Origin: Vicugna vicugna
Taxonomy: Eukaryota
Assembly: GCA_013265495.1 (NCBI GenBank)
Contig: MU058824.1
Coordinates: 5,847,245 to 5,911,244, forward strand
DNA length: 64,000 nucleotides
Direction of reading: 5' to 3'
The position numbers were made by a program, and so were the translations under genes. Each line of letters opens with the position of its first letter. The stretch's first letter is position 1. Positions 1 to 12,921 of the stretch are shown piece by piece. A model generated the notes under the pieces. That model did not search any database. It saw only the letters and a list, made by a program, of their open reading frames with translations, and was not told where the DNA came from.

Positions 1-534
1 TTTCTGCTCATCCCCTCTACCTGCATCTTGCAGTCAGGATTGGTTGGGAAATGGGTTTGGTCTGGGGTCATTTGTTCTCTTCTTTACAAAGCCCTACTCC
101 ACTCATGTCAGGTGTCAAGAGAATGAATAAGGGAGCAAAGGACATGGGCCTGTCAATTAATTGGACATGGGACTGCAGTTCTTTCTTGCCGTTTGCCCCT
201 GCTTCTCTGGCAGACACTGCCTGGCTTCAATGTCATCCATGTGGTAGGTGTCGAAATGCTGACTCTCATGAGGCAGATTTGTTAGTTCTAGGAACTAACA
301 AATTCCCATTTCATGATTCTATTTTCACTCCCCTTAGTTCCCACTCCTAGCAGTATTGCATGGCCTTCTTGCTTCTGGGGTCACCTTGTCTGGTGAGCAT
401 CCCTCCTGGGATTTATAGGAAAAAGACTCAAGCTGAGCTACTTACTGCAATGCCATAGGAAACACACATCCTCGCCATACCAAAGATAGGCGTGCAGACT
501 GCTCTACTGCTCAGGCAGCTCTGGTAGTTATTAC

Positions 535-925
535 TGTGGCAGATGCAGTAATGCCCACCAAATATCTCATGTGCTTCCCTATATTTCCTAGTTCCTTCGC
601 AGTTAACAGAGGGCCACATAATTAGATTTGGCCAATAGTTTGAGTGGCAATTCCATGTGCCATGCAGGTCAGAGGCAATTAAGAGAAGATGCAAGTTCTC
701 CAGACTTTCTTCTCTTTAACTGCCCACCCGGAAAGCCATATGTGGATACGGCAGAATCACAAGATGGCTCAACCTAGAAACCCAAGAAGCTGTGCAGAAG
801 AGGATCTCTCATCAATCATTTTAGACACAGAGTGTGAATAATAAATAACTATTTGTGATTTAAGTCAGTGAGATTTGGAAGCAAATTTGTCACTACAACA
901 AAACCTACCTTCCTATCCATCTTGC
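535..925 (+). mobile_element. MaLR solo LTR (MLT1I/J-like)
   Basis: Starts TGTGGCAG. Its 3' end AATAAATAACTATTTGTGATTTAAGTCAGTGAGATTTGG...TTTGTCACTACAACAAAACCTA resembles the MLT1 3' terminus. Confidence 0.75.
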
Positions 926-944
926 TATCTATCTAGGCAAATAT

Positions 945-1205
945 TCATGTATAATTATTTTATATACAGATATTTGTGAACTGAATTTATATAAATATAT
1001 ACATATTATCTTTAGTTATATGTTGTATATATGGTAGAAATGTTATTTTACATGTGTCATTTTATTTTGTATATGTTATATAAATAATAAATGAATATTT
1101 CATAAAATATATAATATATATTATATAAAATGTAATTAATATAATACACTAATATAATTTATATAATTGCTATTAGTAAAATAAATAATGAAATAAAATA
1201 AACAC
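945..1205. repeat. AT-rich low-complexity tract
   Basis: Degenerate (TA)n/(TATAA)n, with very little G/C. Confidence 0.8.
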
Positions 1206-2149
1206 AATCTGAAGAAATCAGTAGTCTCTTCATTTAGAAAATAAATCAGTTAGTAATTAGTACATGATTGGTATACCCATTGCCAAAAAGACAACAGAGC
1301 ATACACAGAAAAGTGATTCACTCTATGGTTAATAAAAAATGATACACAAGGCCATTTGTAAAACTTGGAAAAGAGAGTCAGGCATCTAGAAAATGAAGAG
1401 AGTACCACATCACACCCACCGCGTCTCTCTGTCAGATACAGCCCAAAGTGTGAAAGTCCCGGGGAGATGCCAAACAGACACAAAGCTAGTGCAATTTACT
1501 ATGTGGAGAGGCCACCCTCCTCTTTATGTTAGAATGAGGCCCAGGGTTTGTATGAACTTCAGTTGATTGATCTACAAACCTGGGTCTGTAGGTTGGAAGT
1601 AGCAAAAGAATAAGACCACATTCTGGTGAAGTGGCCCCTCAACACCTCGGAAGGAGACAGCAGAGTTCACTGTCAGCTCCCAAGGCATCTGAAATGCAGC
1701 CAGAGTACAGCACTCATTTAATGTAGTAAGTTATGTTAGTAATGAGGGGCTTGCATTCTGCAGAAAGCTGTAATCATGTTGAATAACTTGTGTTCAAGAA
1801 GGCATCAAACTAGAGAACCTATTTTATTAAAATGTACATGGTGATAGTCAATCCAAAAAAGAATAGTGCCAAAGGAACTATATCAACATTTTACTTTAGT
1901 CCTCAGAGCTATGACTCCACTCTCCTCTCTGAGTGTGGAGCATACATATGGGAACACTTCTCAAGAACTGGAAGGTAGGGAACATCACCCCTACTTCTCC
2001 CTGCTTCATTCTCTATTAAACTCTGGAGTAGTGACTAATCATTTACTGGTAACACCTTTGGAATAGCATTCATTTCAATATCGTTTCTTTGGCAAAGTTG
2101 CCTTCAAGAACGGTGAAGGGTCTGAGATTTTTACATATTTTCAAGCTAA

Positions 2150-2630
2150 CAAGTTATCCTGCCAAATTTCATGGATGATGGCAGGAGATATAAGACTCCT
2201 GGGTCATAGATGAAGGACAGCTTATAACTCACAGCAATTGCAGTAGCTAGAGTATTCTTGCCTAGAGCATTTCTGCAGCAATTCCATGAAGCCAAATTCT
2301 CATAGGGGAATATGAAGAAAGCCAGAAGACACCTGCACACACAGAGGGTTGCATTATGAGAAAGGAACCCTGAACTTAGGGAACTTGAATCTTTTATAAT
2401 GAGCAATAAGCGTGCCTGCCCTTTACTCCAGAGGGAGACATCATCTTTATTATACTGGACAGGAAGCATGCCTGTCCTCTGCTACTGAGGGAGACATTGG
2501 ATCCCTATTGGCTAAGGTTCTTCTCTATATAAATATCCTTGAAGAGACAATCTGAAACAAAGGGCAGGAAATGCCTCACTCATAAGATGTGCAGAAACAC
2601 AAGAGACACATGCAAAGTTGTCCACCAAAT
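2150..2630 (-). mobile_element. ERVL-class solo LTR (LTR40-like; subfamily uncertain)
   Basis: GGAACCCTGAACTTAGGGAAC...TGCCTGCCCTTTACTCCAGAGGGAGAC...AAGATGTGCAGAAACACAAGAGACACATG resembles the reverse complement of a recalled ERVL LTR consensus. Confidence 0.65.
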
Positions 2631-2864
2631 GTTGTTTAGAAAAATATAAAATCTGAAATGTTTTCAGAAGCAAAAGACAATACAGAGGCATGTGGGTTGT
2701 ACCTCAGAATCCCAGGCCATGATTAGACCAAATGATGACATTTGAGGCCTTGTGAATGCTGGCTGGCCATTGTGATTAGAACCTAAATGCCCTGGACAGA
2801 GATTAAGAAAGAAGCTTAATGCTCTCCTTGACTAGCCAACTACATGCACATAAACAATAGAATA

Positions 2865-2975
2865 TAAGTTTTTTGAGAACTATGTCTGCTTCTTCAGTAT
2901 TATACCCCCAAGTTCCTAAAACAGTAGCCAGTGTGTAAGAGGCATTCAAATAAATATCTGCTGATGAATGAGTGA
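2865..2975 (+). mobile_element. L2 3' end fragment
   Basis: CCTAAAACAGTAGCCAGTGTGTAAGAGGCATTCAAATAAATATCTGCTGATGAATGA is the typical L2 3' terminus. Confidence 0.7.
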
Positions 2976-4219
2976 GGGTGGCCTCATTACTTTTCAAGTA
3001 CATTGGTAGTAGCATACATTTTATTATTAAATCATGGTAGTAGTCCATTTATCTGATAAAGCCATGAAGTCTGTGCAATAGAGCTTAGAAATACTGTTTT
3101 TCTATATAGTTCATCAGAGTTTAAAAACAGTGCTTTCTTTGAATATAAATGATTTTCCTTTAAAATGTGTGCATTGTCTTTCATACAAATATGGAAAGCT
3201 CTCTGTATATCTGCTGTGTTTATGAACAAATGGAACTAAGACAGTGAGAAGGAATGAAAGAGGAAGAGGATGGACAAAACTATATGTATTGTCTGTGTGT
3301 GATTCAGGGAGTGAGTCATTGAGGTTAGAGACAAGAAGAGAAGTTTTGAGTACACACAACCCCCTCTCTGATGATAAGGATGGGGAAGAAAGGTCACAAT
3401 AAGGAAGAGACAGTTCTCTAAATTGTCATCAGGCAGTCCCATTAGTCCTGTACAGCTCAGTTACCATTTAGAATGACCTGAAGGAGTGAAGAGGAGGGGC
3501 AGTACTTAAGACTTAGAGTAGATTTATAAGAGAGGGAGGAAAAACTCAATTCACTTTTACACAGAATTTATTCTCTTATACTCTCACCTCCGATAATTCC
3601 CTTACAGCTAGCTAAGACACGCCAACTTACTGCCTAAATTAGTAAATACTGACTTGAGACTTACTGTTTGTGATTTATCACAGTTTCCCTAGAGCCAAAC
3701 TGTAGGAGTATCATGTAACAGCATGCTAAAAAAATGAAAAGCAAATGGAACAGAAAAGAATCCTTAAAATCAATAATGAGACTTTTCTTTATTCGTGTTC
3801 TGTTGTTTGCTTTGTGTTAATGATCAATACATCCAGAATAATAAGATGAGTAGTTTAATAGGCGTCTTCTATAGTTGCAGGCAGAAAATGCTTCCACATT
3901 TAGGCAGAGTTCAATCTCAAGTCCTGAACTGTATGTTCCTTTAATGTCATGAAGAGTAATTGAGGCTTATACTCTAAAATAAGAAGTTATAGTTCTATGA
4001 TACCTTATAAAATCGAGAGGAATTTTACTTCTGATAGTTTATCCTACATCATACATACTCTTTGGTTGTATGAATACTGAATGCCTGATCTTTTTATATG
4101 CATTTTTTGTGGAATATAAATAAATGCATCAATGAATACAGAATGTACATATACATAGGTATATAATAGGTACATAATATATATAATACTCAGTTAAAAT
4201 AAATTCAAATGGCAATTTT

Positions 4220-4562
4220 AACACTCAGCCATCAATAAGTGAGATCTTATTTCCCTCCTCTTCAATTTGGGCTAGCTGTGACTGTGCTAACCAATAGAGA
4301 ACACAGAGTAACCCTATTCCAATTCTGCCTTCTGTCCTGATCACTGAAATCCCTGAGCTGCCACGTAAGAGGGCACATCAGACCAGATCAGCCACCAACT
4401 TAAGATTTCCTAGAAGCCCAATCAATGCCATGTGGAGCAGAAGAATTACCTAGCTGAGCCCTGCTCAAATTCCTAATAAACACAATCAGAAGATATAATA
4501 AAATTATTGTTGTTTTAAACCACTAAATTTTGGGGTAGTTTGTTTTAGTAATATAATCAGAA
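4220..4562 (+). mobile_element. MaLR LTR fragment (MLT1G/H-like)
   Basis: CCCTGAGCTGCCACGTAAGA...CAGAAGAATTACCTAGCTGAGCCCTGCTCAAATTCCT...TTGTTGTTTTAAACCACTAAATTTTGGGGTAGTTTGTT. Confidence 0.8.
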
Positions 4563-5611
4563 AAAATAATATATACATATTTATATATACATACACACAT
4601 ACAAATACAGATAGCTAAACACATAAATGCACATACACAATGATATATGTCTAATTTTTTTCCCAAAAAGATTGCTTCTTTAAGGGACAGATGCTTAAAG
4701 GAAAGGTAAGCTTTTCCTTTTCTTAATATGGCTGTCTTTACTCTGAGTTTTTAAAATTTGCTTTTTATAATTGCTGTTCTACAAAGTTTTTCTTTTACTT
4801 TTCTTTTTTTTTTTGGCTAGGAAAAAAGGTGATGGTGAAATAAGAAGCCATTCCTTCCTTATAATATTTTTTTTTCTGTATTTAGAAACAAATAAATGAA
4901 TAAACTTCTGTATTTAAGAAATAAATAAAGTAGAATATACACTTTCCAACCATATTTTATTAGCATAATCTCTTTTCCTTATTTTGTGCAATGATTTCTT
5001 TCTCTTTAATCCCATCTACCTGATTTTAGGCACATTTTGGAGCACCAACAAGGTTCTAGCCTGGTTCTAATTCTATCGTTTTCCTACGTTTCATTTCCTC
5101 CACTGTATTTGGAAATCATCACCTTCACTGCTTGGTTCTCAGTCACAATACTATAATTCTTAGAGTCAAATCCAAACAACCTCAAGTAAAATATTAAATC
5201 TACCAACAAAGACCCTTTCCTCTTTTCTCAAGAAAGGAAGAACTGAATGATGACGTGCTCTGGGTGTTGTGGGCATTGTTACTGATGATATCCAGTCGAT
5301 ACATTCAGGCATTGCAGCAAACAGCAGTAAAATTTTTTTTGATTTCTATTCAAGTTATCCAAAGAAAGTAGTCCCCAAATGCCCTACCCAAACTGGAAAG
5401 TATTTGCCATTTTTTTAAACACATTGCACTTTATTAGAAGTCTAAAGGAATTACATTCGAAAAAGACTTTGTTTGTAATAGGCAGGCATATTATAGTTTG
5501 TGTTCCTAGAATGCAACATGAAAAGAAAATATTTCTGGAAATACATGTCTGTCACAGTTTAGTTTCTGTGAAAGGTGACAATGAAATGGTGTACAGCATG
5601 CCAGATATTGA

Positions 5612-5980
5612 TTAGGTATGACTAGGGATGCATACCTGTGGAAGGGAGAAGCAGAAAGCAGGATTGATCTAAGAGAGAAGTCAAACTGTGTGCAGACCCA
5701 CAAAACCTTGTCTAACCACATGGTAGTTCTGGATTGTACATGCATAAAAGGATCCTACAATGGACTGAATGGCTGGGCTTTCTTTCCTTGCTACAACTAG
5801 GCATTGTATTTGGGCTGGTCCGGAGAAGATTTACTATTGGGTGACACAGGTTTCTGCAGCTGGGGCAATCCTATAGAGGCTGAGAGCTGGCTGTTGACTG
5901 TCAACAGCACTCCCAGAAACTGACCAACAAATCATTTCTTAAATGGGAATCTGATCAGTGCTTCTCTACCCACTGCACAT
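5612..5980 (-). mobile_element. ERVL LTR (LTR16A/B-like)
   Basis: GCAGCTGGGGCAATCCTATAGAGGCTGAGAGCTGGCTGTTGACTGTCAACAGCACTCCCAG...GGGAATCTG resembles the reverse complement of the LTR16 5' region. Confidence 0.7.
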
Positions 5981-6189
5981 TCTATGCAAAACCATACAAA
6001 CTTCTGCACCAGATTCACAAGTACTCTCAGGGGTTACTGACTTGGGAAGTCAACCCAGATTTTGAGACAGAGATTCTCATTTTTTTTCTAATCCTCTAAT
6101 CACTCACCCAGGCAAAATGATTGTCATGAGTGTGATAGAGATAAGGAGGTAAATTAGAATGACGGGCATTTGTATAACACGTTACCATC

Positions 6190-6360
6190 TTTAAAGCGTT
6201 ATTCACATATACCAGCCCTTTGACTCTAATGACAAATTTAATTTCTTTCTTTAATCTATTTTCAGAAATGATAAACCTGAGGTTCAAAGAGCAAGTGATT
6301 TGCTCAGTTATATCACAGATAATTAGAGGCAGAGCTATATCTTCTGACTCAAAGTCCCAC
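6190..6360 (-). mobile_element. MIR SINE
   Basis: ATTTTCAGAAATGATAAACCTGAGGTTCAAAGAGCAAGTGATTTGCTCAG...TCTGACTCAAAGTCC is the antisense MIR core. Confidence 0.75.
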
Positions 6361-6365
6361 CATCA

Positions 6366-6630
6366 CAGAGGCAGTGTATCACGGCAGAAAACCATATGAT
6401 CTGGACTTAGACAACTCTGGTTAAATCCTAGCATTTCCATTTATTAGCTGTGTAAGCTCAGGCAACTCTGCCTAAACTCTGTAAGGCTCAATTCTTCACA
6501 CATAAAATGTTAATCATAACAACACCAAAAACATACCTCTTACAGTCATTTCATCTGTGAATTTAAACCAAGTGTGTAAAGAATCTGGTACAGTGCATGG
6601 CATATAATAGGCATTTAATCAATTGAAGCT
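6366..6630 (+). mobile_element. MIR SINE, near full length
   Basis: GAGGCAGTGT...GGTTAAATCCTAGC...TTATTAGCTGTGTAAGCTCAGGCAA...ACAGTGCATGGCATATAATAGGCATTTAAT. Confidence 0.8.
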
Positions 6631-7509
6631 CTTTTTTTATACTTGTTGAAGTCACATTTCACTTGTGTTTATGAACCAGCTGAGCATAAATTGTCAGCAT
6701 TACCACCAGAAATGGTCCACTCTCAAAGCTCAAGCCATCTAGATATGGGTGGCAAAAAAAAAAAAGGGTTTTAGTTTTAAATATGATAAATCACAAGGCT
6801 TTGTTAGTATCTACGTGATGCAACAGTACCACTGATTTTTTAAATGTCCCTGATGATGGAGGGACAAGTAAATTTTTGACCATATACGTTTGCTTATAGA
6901 GTTTTGTTTTTCAACTTTAATAATAAATTCAATTTGTATCACCTAATTCATTGGAGAATAATACTGAATCCTGTTATACCAATAATATTCCCATAGGAGA
7001 ATGATCACTAAGTTGCAAGGCACCCTGAATGAAATTTTGGCCCTATGAAAGTGTGTACAATACATTGCAGAAGATACAGAGTTCATAGAACTGAAGCCAA
7101 ACTCTGGATTTAGTAAAGGTGGGAATTTCAGAGTAAGCTTGTGTCAAAAAGTCATACAATCTTGCACAAGTTACATGTTCTCTCTTGGCCACAGTGTCCT
7201 ATTAAAAGTAAATATTTTAGGATAGATTAGAATTTCTATTATCATATCCAGATCCAAAATTCTAAGTGTCTATAAATTTAGTGAAAAATGGGCTTACAGT
7301 GTTCTTAGGTGAGGGGAATAAGAAATGAGTAATATAGGACAACCACTGAGTACTGGAACCCAGTATGGCTTTTCTGAAACAAACCCTTCCATACAAAGCC
7401 TCCAATGTTTGTAATTATTTCTGGCATGGCCATTGAATGATTGTGTCTAAACCCAATTTAGGACTGGCCCAAAAGTACCTTCCATCAAACTTCATCAATA
7501 TTTGAACTA

Positions 7510-8104
7510 GTAAGAGGACTGAACCAGGAGGATCTGTTCTGGAACAGATCAAGTCTATTGACCTAACAACCAAGTTATGAGAAATACCAAGGAGAAGTAC
7601 ATGTTAAATAACACCAAGTGGTCCAATCAGTGAAATTCAGATGTTTGTACAAGTATTAAAAAGAAGAGAGAATGAGAGAGGGAGTGGTTAAAATATAATA
7701 AACGGTGAAACTTATAGATGAAAAGTATTTGAAGCATATCAATCATTTGCAGTTGGAAACATTCTTTCAATTCTTATTTGATCAAATAAAAAATAACATT
7801 TATGAGATAATCATGGAAACTTGAACAATGAATACTTAATGATATTTTAAAATTACTGGTAATTTCTGAGTTGCTATGATGCTTTTTGGCTATATTTTGA
7901 AAGGAATCCTTATATTTAGAGATATATGCTGAAATACTTATTGATTAAATGATATGATATCAGAGATTAATTTCATAATAATCAGGGGTGGGGAAGAATG
8001 GGTAAAGGTATAGATCCACTGGAATTGGACTTACTGGATAATTAAGTTGAGGGATACTATACTTTCTGATTTTGTGTTTGAAACTTCCCATCATAAAAGT
8101 TAAA
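7510..8104 (+). mobile_element. Old L1 3' UTR (L1MC4/L1MC5-like)
   Basis: TCCTTATATTTAGAGATATATGCTGAAATACTTA...GATATGATATC...TGTGTTTGAAACTTCCCATCATAAAAGTTAAAA. Confidence 0.75.
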
Positions 8105-8125
8105 ACACACACACACACACACACA
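8105..8125. repeat. (CA)n microsatellite at the L1 tail
   Basis: About 10 perfect AC units. Confidence 0.95.
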
Positions 8126-8774
8126 TAAAAAGATTCAGGTCAAAGGGAGAGAAAAAAATTCTACTAATAGGAACCATGTATCCAGAATTCTCTTTCCTTG
8201 GAAACCTCTTGCTGACACTATAAGCTAAATATAGATAATGCCTATTAACCACAAAGTTCTCATGAAATGGAATACAGATGATGTTAGAACTTTCTATGGA
8301 AAACACTTAGAGAGTGTTACTGGAAACCCATGGCATCAAAGCAAAAGTTTTACTTAAGTCCAGCAGAAGTTTTGGCAAAAAAATTTTCTGCCCCATCCCA
8401 TCAAAATTTTGTTTTGAAGAAACCTGTGTGAGTTTGCCTTTCACTGTGTTGGTCCTGGGTCTTTGGGTAGAGCAGGGAAATTCTAAACCCTTTGTAGCAA
8501 CTATATCTAGGAAGGGATATTTTATATAGGTTACAAGGTGTAGGAGTTTTATTTATAAAAACACTTTTGTTCTGATGAAGTAAGTCACTGTCTCTGCAAA
8601 GACAGGGAGCAGGGAAAGAGGGAAATTGTAGCCACAATTAAGTTGTCTTTTAAAATTCACATCTATCTTTATAGGTAGACATGGTCCTCTTACAAGATTC
8701 TCTAATTATCCCATTGATGGCAGTAATCAAAAATAGAGAATGGTAATGCACCATTCTGACATGCATGTGTGCAC

Positions 8775-8797
8775 CACACACACACACACACACACAC
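8775..8797. repeat. (CA)n microsatellite
   Basis: About 11 CA units. Confidence 0.95.
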
Positions 8798-10100
8798 GCA
8801 ATGCAAGAGTGATAGCTGATGGACTGTGATGGTTCTTTCCAGTCCCAATTATGATTGATAGCATTCCATTACCTTTATGCTTATTTTAAAATTCCCTTGA
8901 CACAGATTGATTAAAGGCACAGACCTCTATGAAACTATAAAAAATTTATGGATTTTGAAAGAGCTTTAACATGTACCATTTGAGCACAAATCATTTCCTG
9001 GCTGTCACTGTTTTCCCACAATCTTTCTTATGTTGGTAATATATGTTTAATAATCAAAAACTGATGCTAGGGATTAAAGCATCAAGATGTTACAGAATAA
9101 AGCAACAACAACAAAAAAGAAATTAGATTTGTATGATTTTAACTATTCTTTAATCTGCTTCTGGGCAACAAAAATGATTTGTGTCAGCCGTTATTGCATT
9201 AAACTTTAATTTTCTTCCACCGGCACAGGATTATATAAAGGAGTATTGGATTGCACTCAGCAAGGATTAGCCGAGCACTGTCTCTGCTGCCAAGGAGCAA
9301 ATGGATTTCCTTCTTTCTTTGATTTATATTTTTATTGCTGTTTTTCCCCTCCTTCTAATTCCCATTACCCTTCTGTTTGCCAGCACTGAGATACCCTGTA
9401 GGAGCAGCAGAAAGGCAGGCAGAATTACTGGCTTATTGCATATATTTATGTTCCAAGGCTTCTCAGTCATCTATGTCAGAGGAATAAAGTAGCCTCTGGC
9501 CATGGAGACTGTATGCCAGTTTTAAACTATCAAATTAAAACTTTTTTAAGGTAAAAAATCACCCCTTACCTGCTTAAAATCTACAAAAACTAGCTGGGTC
9601 TTGCCTCCCTTCTGATAAGCAGGCTGTGTCTCACAGCAGATGGAGAAAACTGCTGTCAGGGCAGACACAAGATAAAGATCTCAGGCCTCCCTTTTGCACA
9701 CAGGTGGGTCTACACAGCATTGAGATTCAAATGGGAGAAGAGGCTCTCTTTGGCCATTACCCTTAGGGTCTCTAAAATCCCAACATGTCTCTGGAAATAA
9801 GAGTCAATAATCTCCCTCCATGCAAAGGCATAGAGGGCCAGTTGTCAGTGCCCTGCATAGAACCTAGAGGGGGTGCTAGGGACATGGCTGTAAGACTACA
9901 GTGGAGCTAATGGTTGACCCAGGCTGAATTAAGCCAACCCAAGCCCACTAACTGTGGCAAGGAAATAACAATGGTGCCTTAGATTCAATCTGCAGAAATC
10001 TCTGGATTTCTGAAGAAGAAAATGAACCTAACTGATTTAAATTTCAGTTTTGGTTCTCACAAACTTCTTGCAAATACTGAATTCTTGGGTCACAGAAGAG

Positions 10101-10119
10101 TGGCTACTAGGGGGCACCC
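10101..10119 (+). promoter_or_regulatory. Candidate CTCF motif
   Basis: TGGCTACTAGGGGGCACCC versus core consensus TGGCCACYAGRKGGCRC: one mismatch. Motif match only. Confidence 0.4.
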
Positions 10120-11710
10120 CTACAGTAGATGTCACTGAGCAATACTGCTCAAGAAGGATTCAGATGTCTAAACTGAGGCCCAACTCTTCTGATTGTGAGC
10201 AGCCACTGCAATGGGGACTGGAATTTATTCTCCAAAGGAACCCACAAGGGGTTGGCCTAAGCCAAAGAAGTATGAGATTAAGAGAACCATTTCAAAGAGC
10301 AGAAAAAGGGATTAAAAAAACCACTGGCAGGCCGTTCAAACAAAAGATCAAGACCTAATTAAGGGAGCAAAGAAGTTTCCATAGAATCTGAAGAGTAAAA
10401 AACATTGTTCATGAATTCAATCTTAAGTAGCTTTTGGATACAAAACCCATTCAAAATTTTGAAATACAAAAGTGTGATTAGATGTGAACCATCTTCACTC
10501 AGACCTTTTAGTACATCTATTCATGGACTAAGTAAGGTGGGATGTGTTTCCAAAACCAAAAGTCACTTGTTACTTGTCACTAATCCTTATACTTAAATGT
10601 ATTTCGTGTCATATGCAATGTTATCCTATAAAGAACACATAAAATATTCAGAAGCCTCACTCTTGAGACATATAATATCCAGCCCAAATACTTAAGAATG
10701 CTATTAAGACATGTCACAATTATTTGGGTAAAGCCACTTTTTAATATGCCATTTTGATTTTTCATTATTTAATGATGCCTTAAATAGAGTCCATGACATA
10801 CCAAATTTATAGGAAATTCCGTTCTGTATGGAACAAACTGTTTTGAGGTATTTTTGGAAAAGATAAACTTGACTTTGTCATTCCTGTTTCTTCCAATGGA
10901 TTTTTGGAAATTGCATAGAATTTTCAATTTCTGCTGAGAATACTGACTTTAAAGGAAATTTCTGTGTCTAGAAAATTCTCTTGAACCAGTTATCACAGGG
11001 ATATAAATGGCTATGCCACAGAACAGTATACCTGAGATTGGATAATCATAGCCCAGAGTCATTTGCAGTTATGATTTCTTCCAGTTAGGCTTGAACTCTG
11101 CTAGACCTGGCTTTGGACACTAGCAGTTACCTATGAAAATGTCCCTAAGAGTCTATGAAAAACTTATAATATCTCAGAAAAATTGATCTCACAGGAAGAA
11201 AAGCAACAAAAAAAAATCAAAGTAAAGAAAATTAAGATGATTATCTGCCAAATACAGTGGGGTTCCATATAAAATACCATGGCTTATGTCTTATACCTTA
11301 AGCATAAATTAGAAATAAAGTTTGTCTTTTCCCTATTCTGTAAGCTTTACCTGCTCTAACATCTAGTGCTTGCCAAGTCCCTTCATTCCTTAAAAAATAA
11401 AAGCACTTAACAAGACTGTCGTAAGTTTTAGTCATTCTAGGATAGAAATGTCAAAAATTGTTTTCAGTTTCATTATTCCTACAAAACATTTCCATCACTG
11501 AATCTTAGCTATGTGAAATAAAGCTTCTTAGGAGCTCCCATAATTTTGCCTTTTTGGACTAAGCATCAGCTAGCTTTGCATAAATCTATGTACATTGGAG
11601 TCACATTAAAAACACTAGAAATTTATGCCTAAACTTATGATTAGTTAGCCAAATGTTTTGTTTCAATACATAGCTCTTTTTTTTTGAAATTCTATGTGAT
11701 AAATAGTTTA

Positions 11711-12921
11711 TGTATTTGTCAGGTTTACATTATAATAATACCATGTAGCACCCCCCAAATTCAGTGCATGTTCTTTTTCTGCTCTCACCAAATACATTCT
11801 GTTTCTCCACAATTCTCTGATACCAATTGGGTATGCAACAATTCAATTCAATTAGGACATTAACTTCTGGAGCTACGGCAGATCTCACAGGTTAAGCGTT
11901 CTGTCCCACAAGACTGCCCTCACTTCAAATACCAGCCACAAATGGGGTGCCCAGGCTACCCCCACTTTTGCATAGAAGACTACAAATTTGGTGGTTCCTA
12001 TAACCCCTCCTCCTTAGGTTTGTGATCTGACTTACAGAAATCAGGAAGTGCTTTGCTTATGATTACCAGTTTATTATAAAAGAGACGACTCAGGAGTAGC
12101 CAAATGAAAGAGAGGCATAGGGCAAGGTATCAGGGCAGTGTGCCACCCTCCCAGCACATCAATGTGTTCACCAACCTGGAAACTTTCCAAATCTCATTGT
12201 TTAGTAGTTTTATGGAGGTTTCTGTATGTCAGCATGATTGATTATATCACTGGTCATTGGTAATTGAATTCTATTTCTAGCCTCTCTCCCCTCCCCAGAG
12301 GTTGGGGACTGGGGCTGAAAGTTCTAATCCTCTAATCTCATGGTTGGTTTTTCTGGTGAGCAGACCCACTCTGAAGCTATCCAGGGCACCCCTATGAATC
12401 ATACAATTAGCAAGCAAAAGACAGAAAATTCCAAGAGTTTTAGGAGCTCTGTGCTCCCCAGAAACTGGGGACAAGGATCAAGTGTTTATTTTTTATTCTA
12501 CCATAGTGGCTTACAGGAATAAATAATTTTCTTTATATCATGGATCTTCCTGAAGGTCAATTGGAACTCTGCTGAGCTTAGCTGGGATCATTTGAGCTTG
12601 GTCCCACTTGTGGTTTGGGTTGAAATACACTCTGTTTATTTTCTCATTTTGGGCTCTGCAGTTACTCAGTTTACGTTCTGTCATGGTGGATGGTCAAAAC
12701 ACAAGAGGTGAACAGAAATGTGAACAGAAATGTTCTTAAGGCTTCATCTTAGAACTGGTGCACACTCTCTCCCACCCACGTTCAACTGGCCAAAGCAAGA
12801 CATGGTCAAATTAAAAGTCAGTGAGTCAGGGAAGTAAATCTGCCCATATGGCATTAACTAGGGGGGAAAAGAGGGTAGAGAAGGATTTTTTTTTTTTTTA
12901 CAAATAATACAATACACCACA
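11711..12921 (-). mobile_element. MaLR (MLT1H/I/J-like) 3' LTR, interrupted by MER21
   Basis: TGTATTTGTCAGG...CCCCAAATTCAGTG | GTGGCTTACAGGAATAAAT...CTGGCCAAAGCAAGACATGG...CAATACACCACA, with TG...CA termini. Confidence 0.8.
11769..12505 (-). mobile_element. MER21B/C ERVL solo LTR
   Basis: CAATTCAATTCAATT...CAGATCTCACAGGTTAAG...GTCCCACAAGACTGCCCTCACTTCA and AAATTCCAAGAGTTTTAGGAGCTCTGTG are MER21 hallmarks. Confidence 0.85.
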
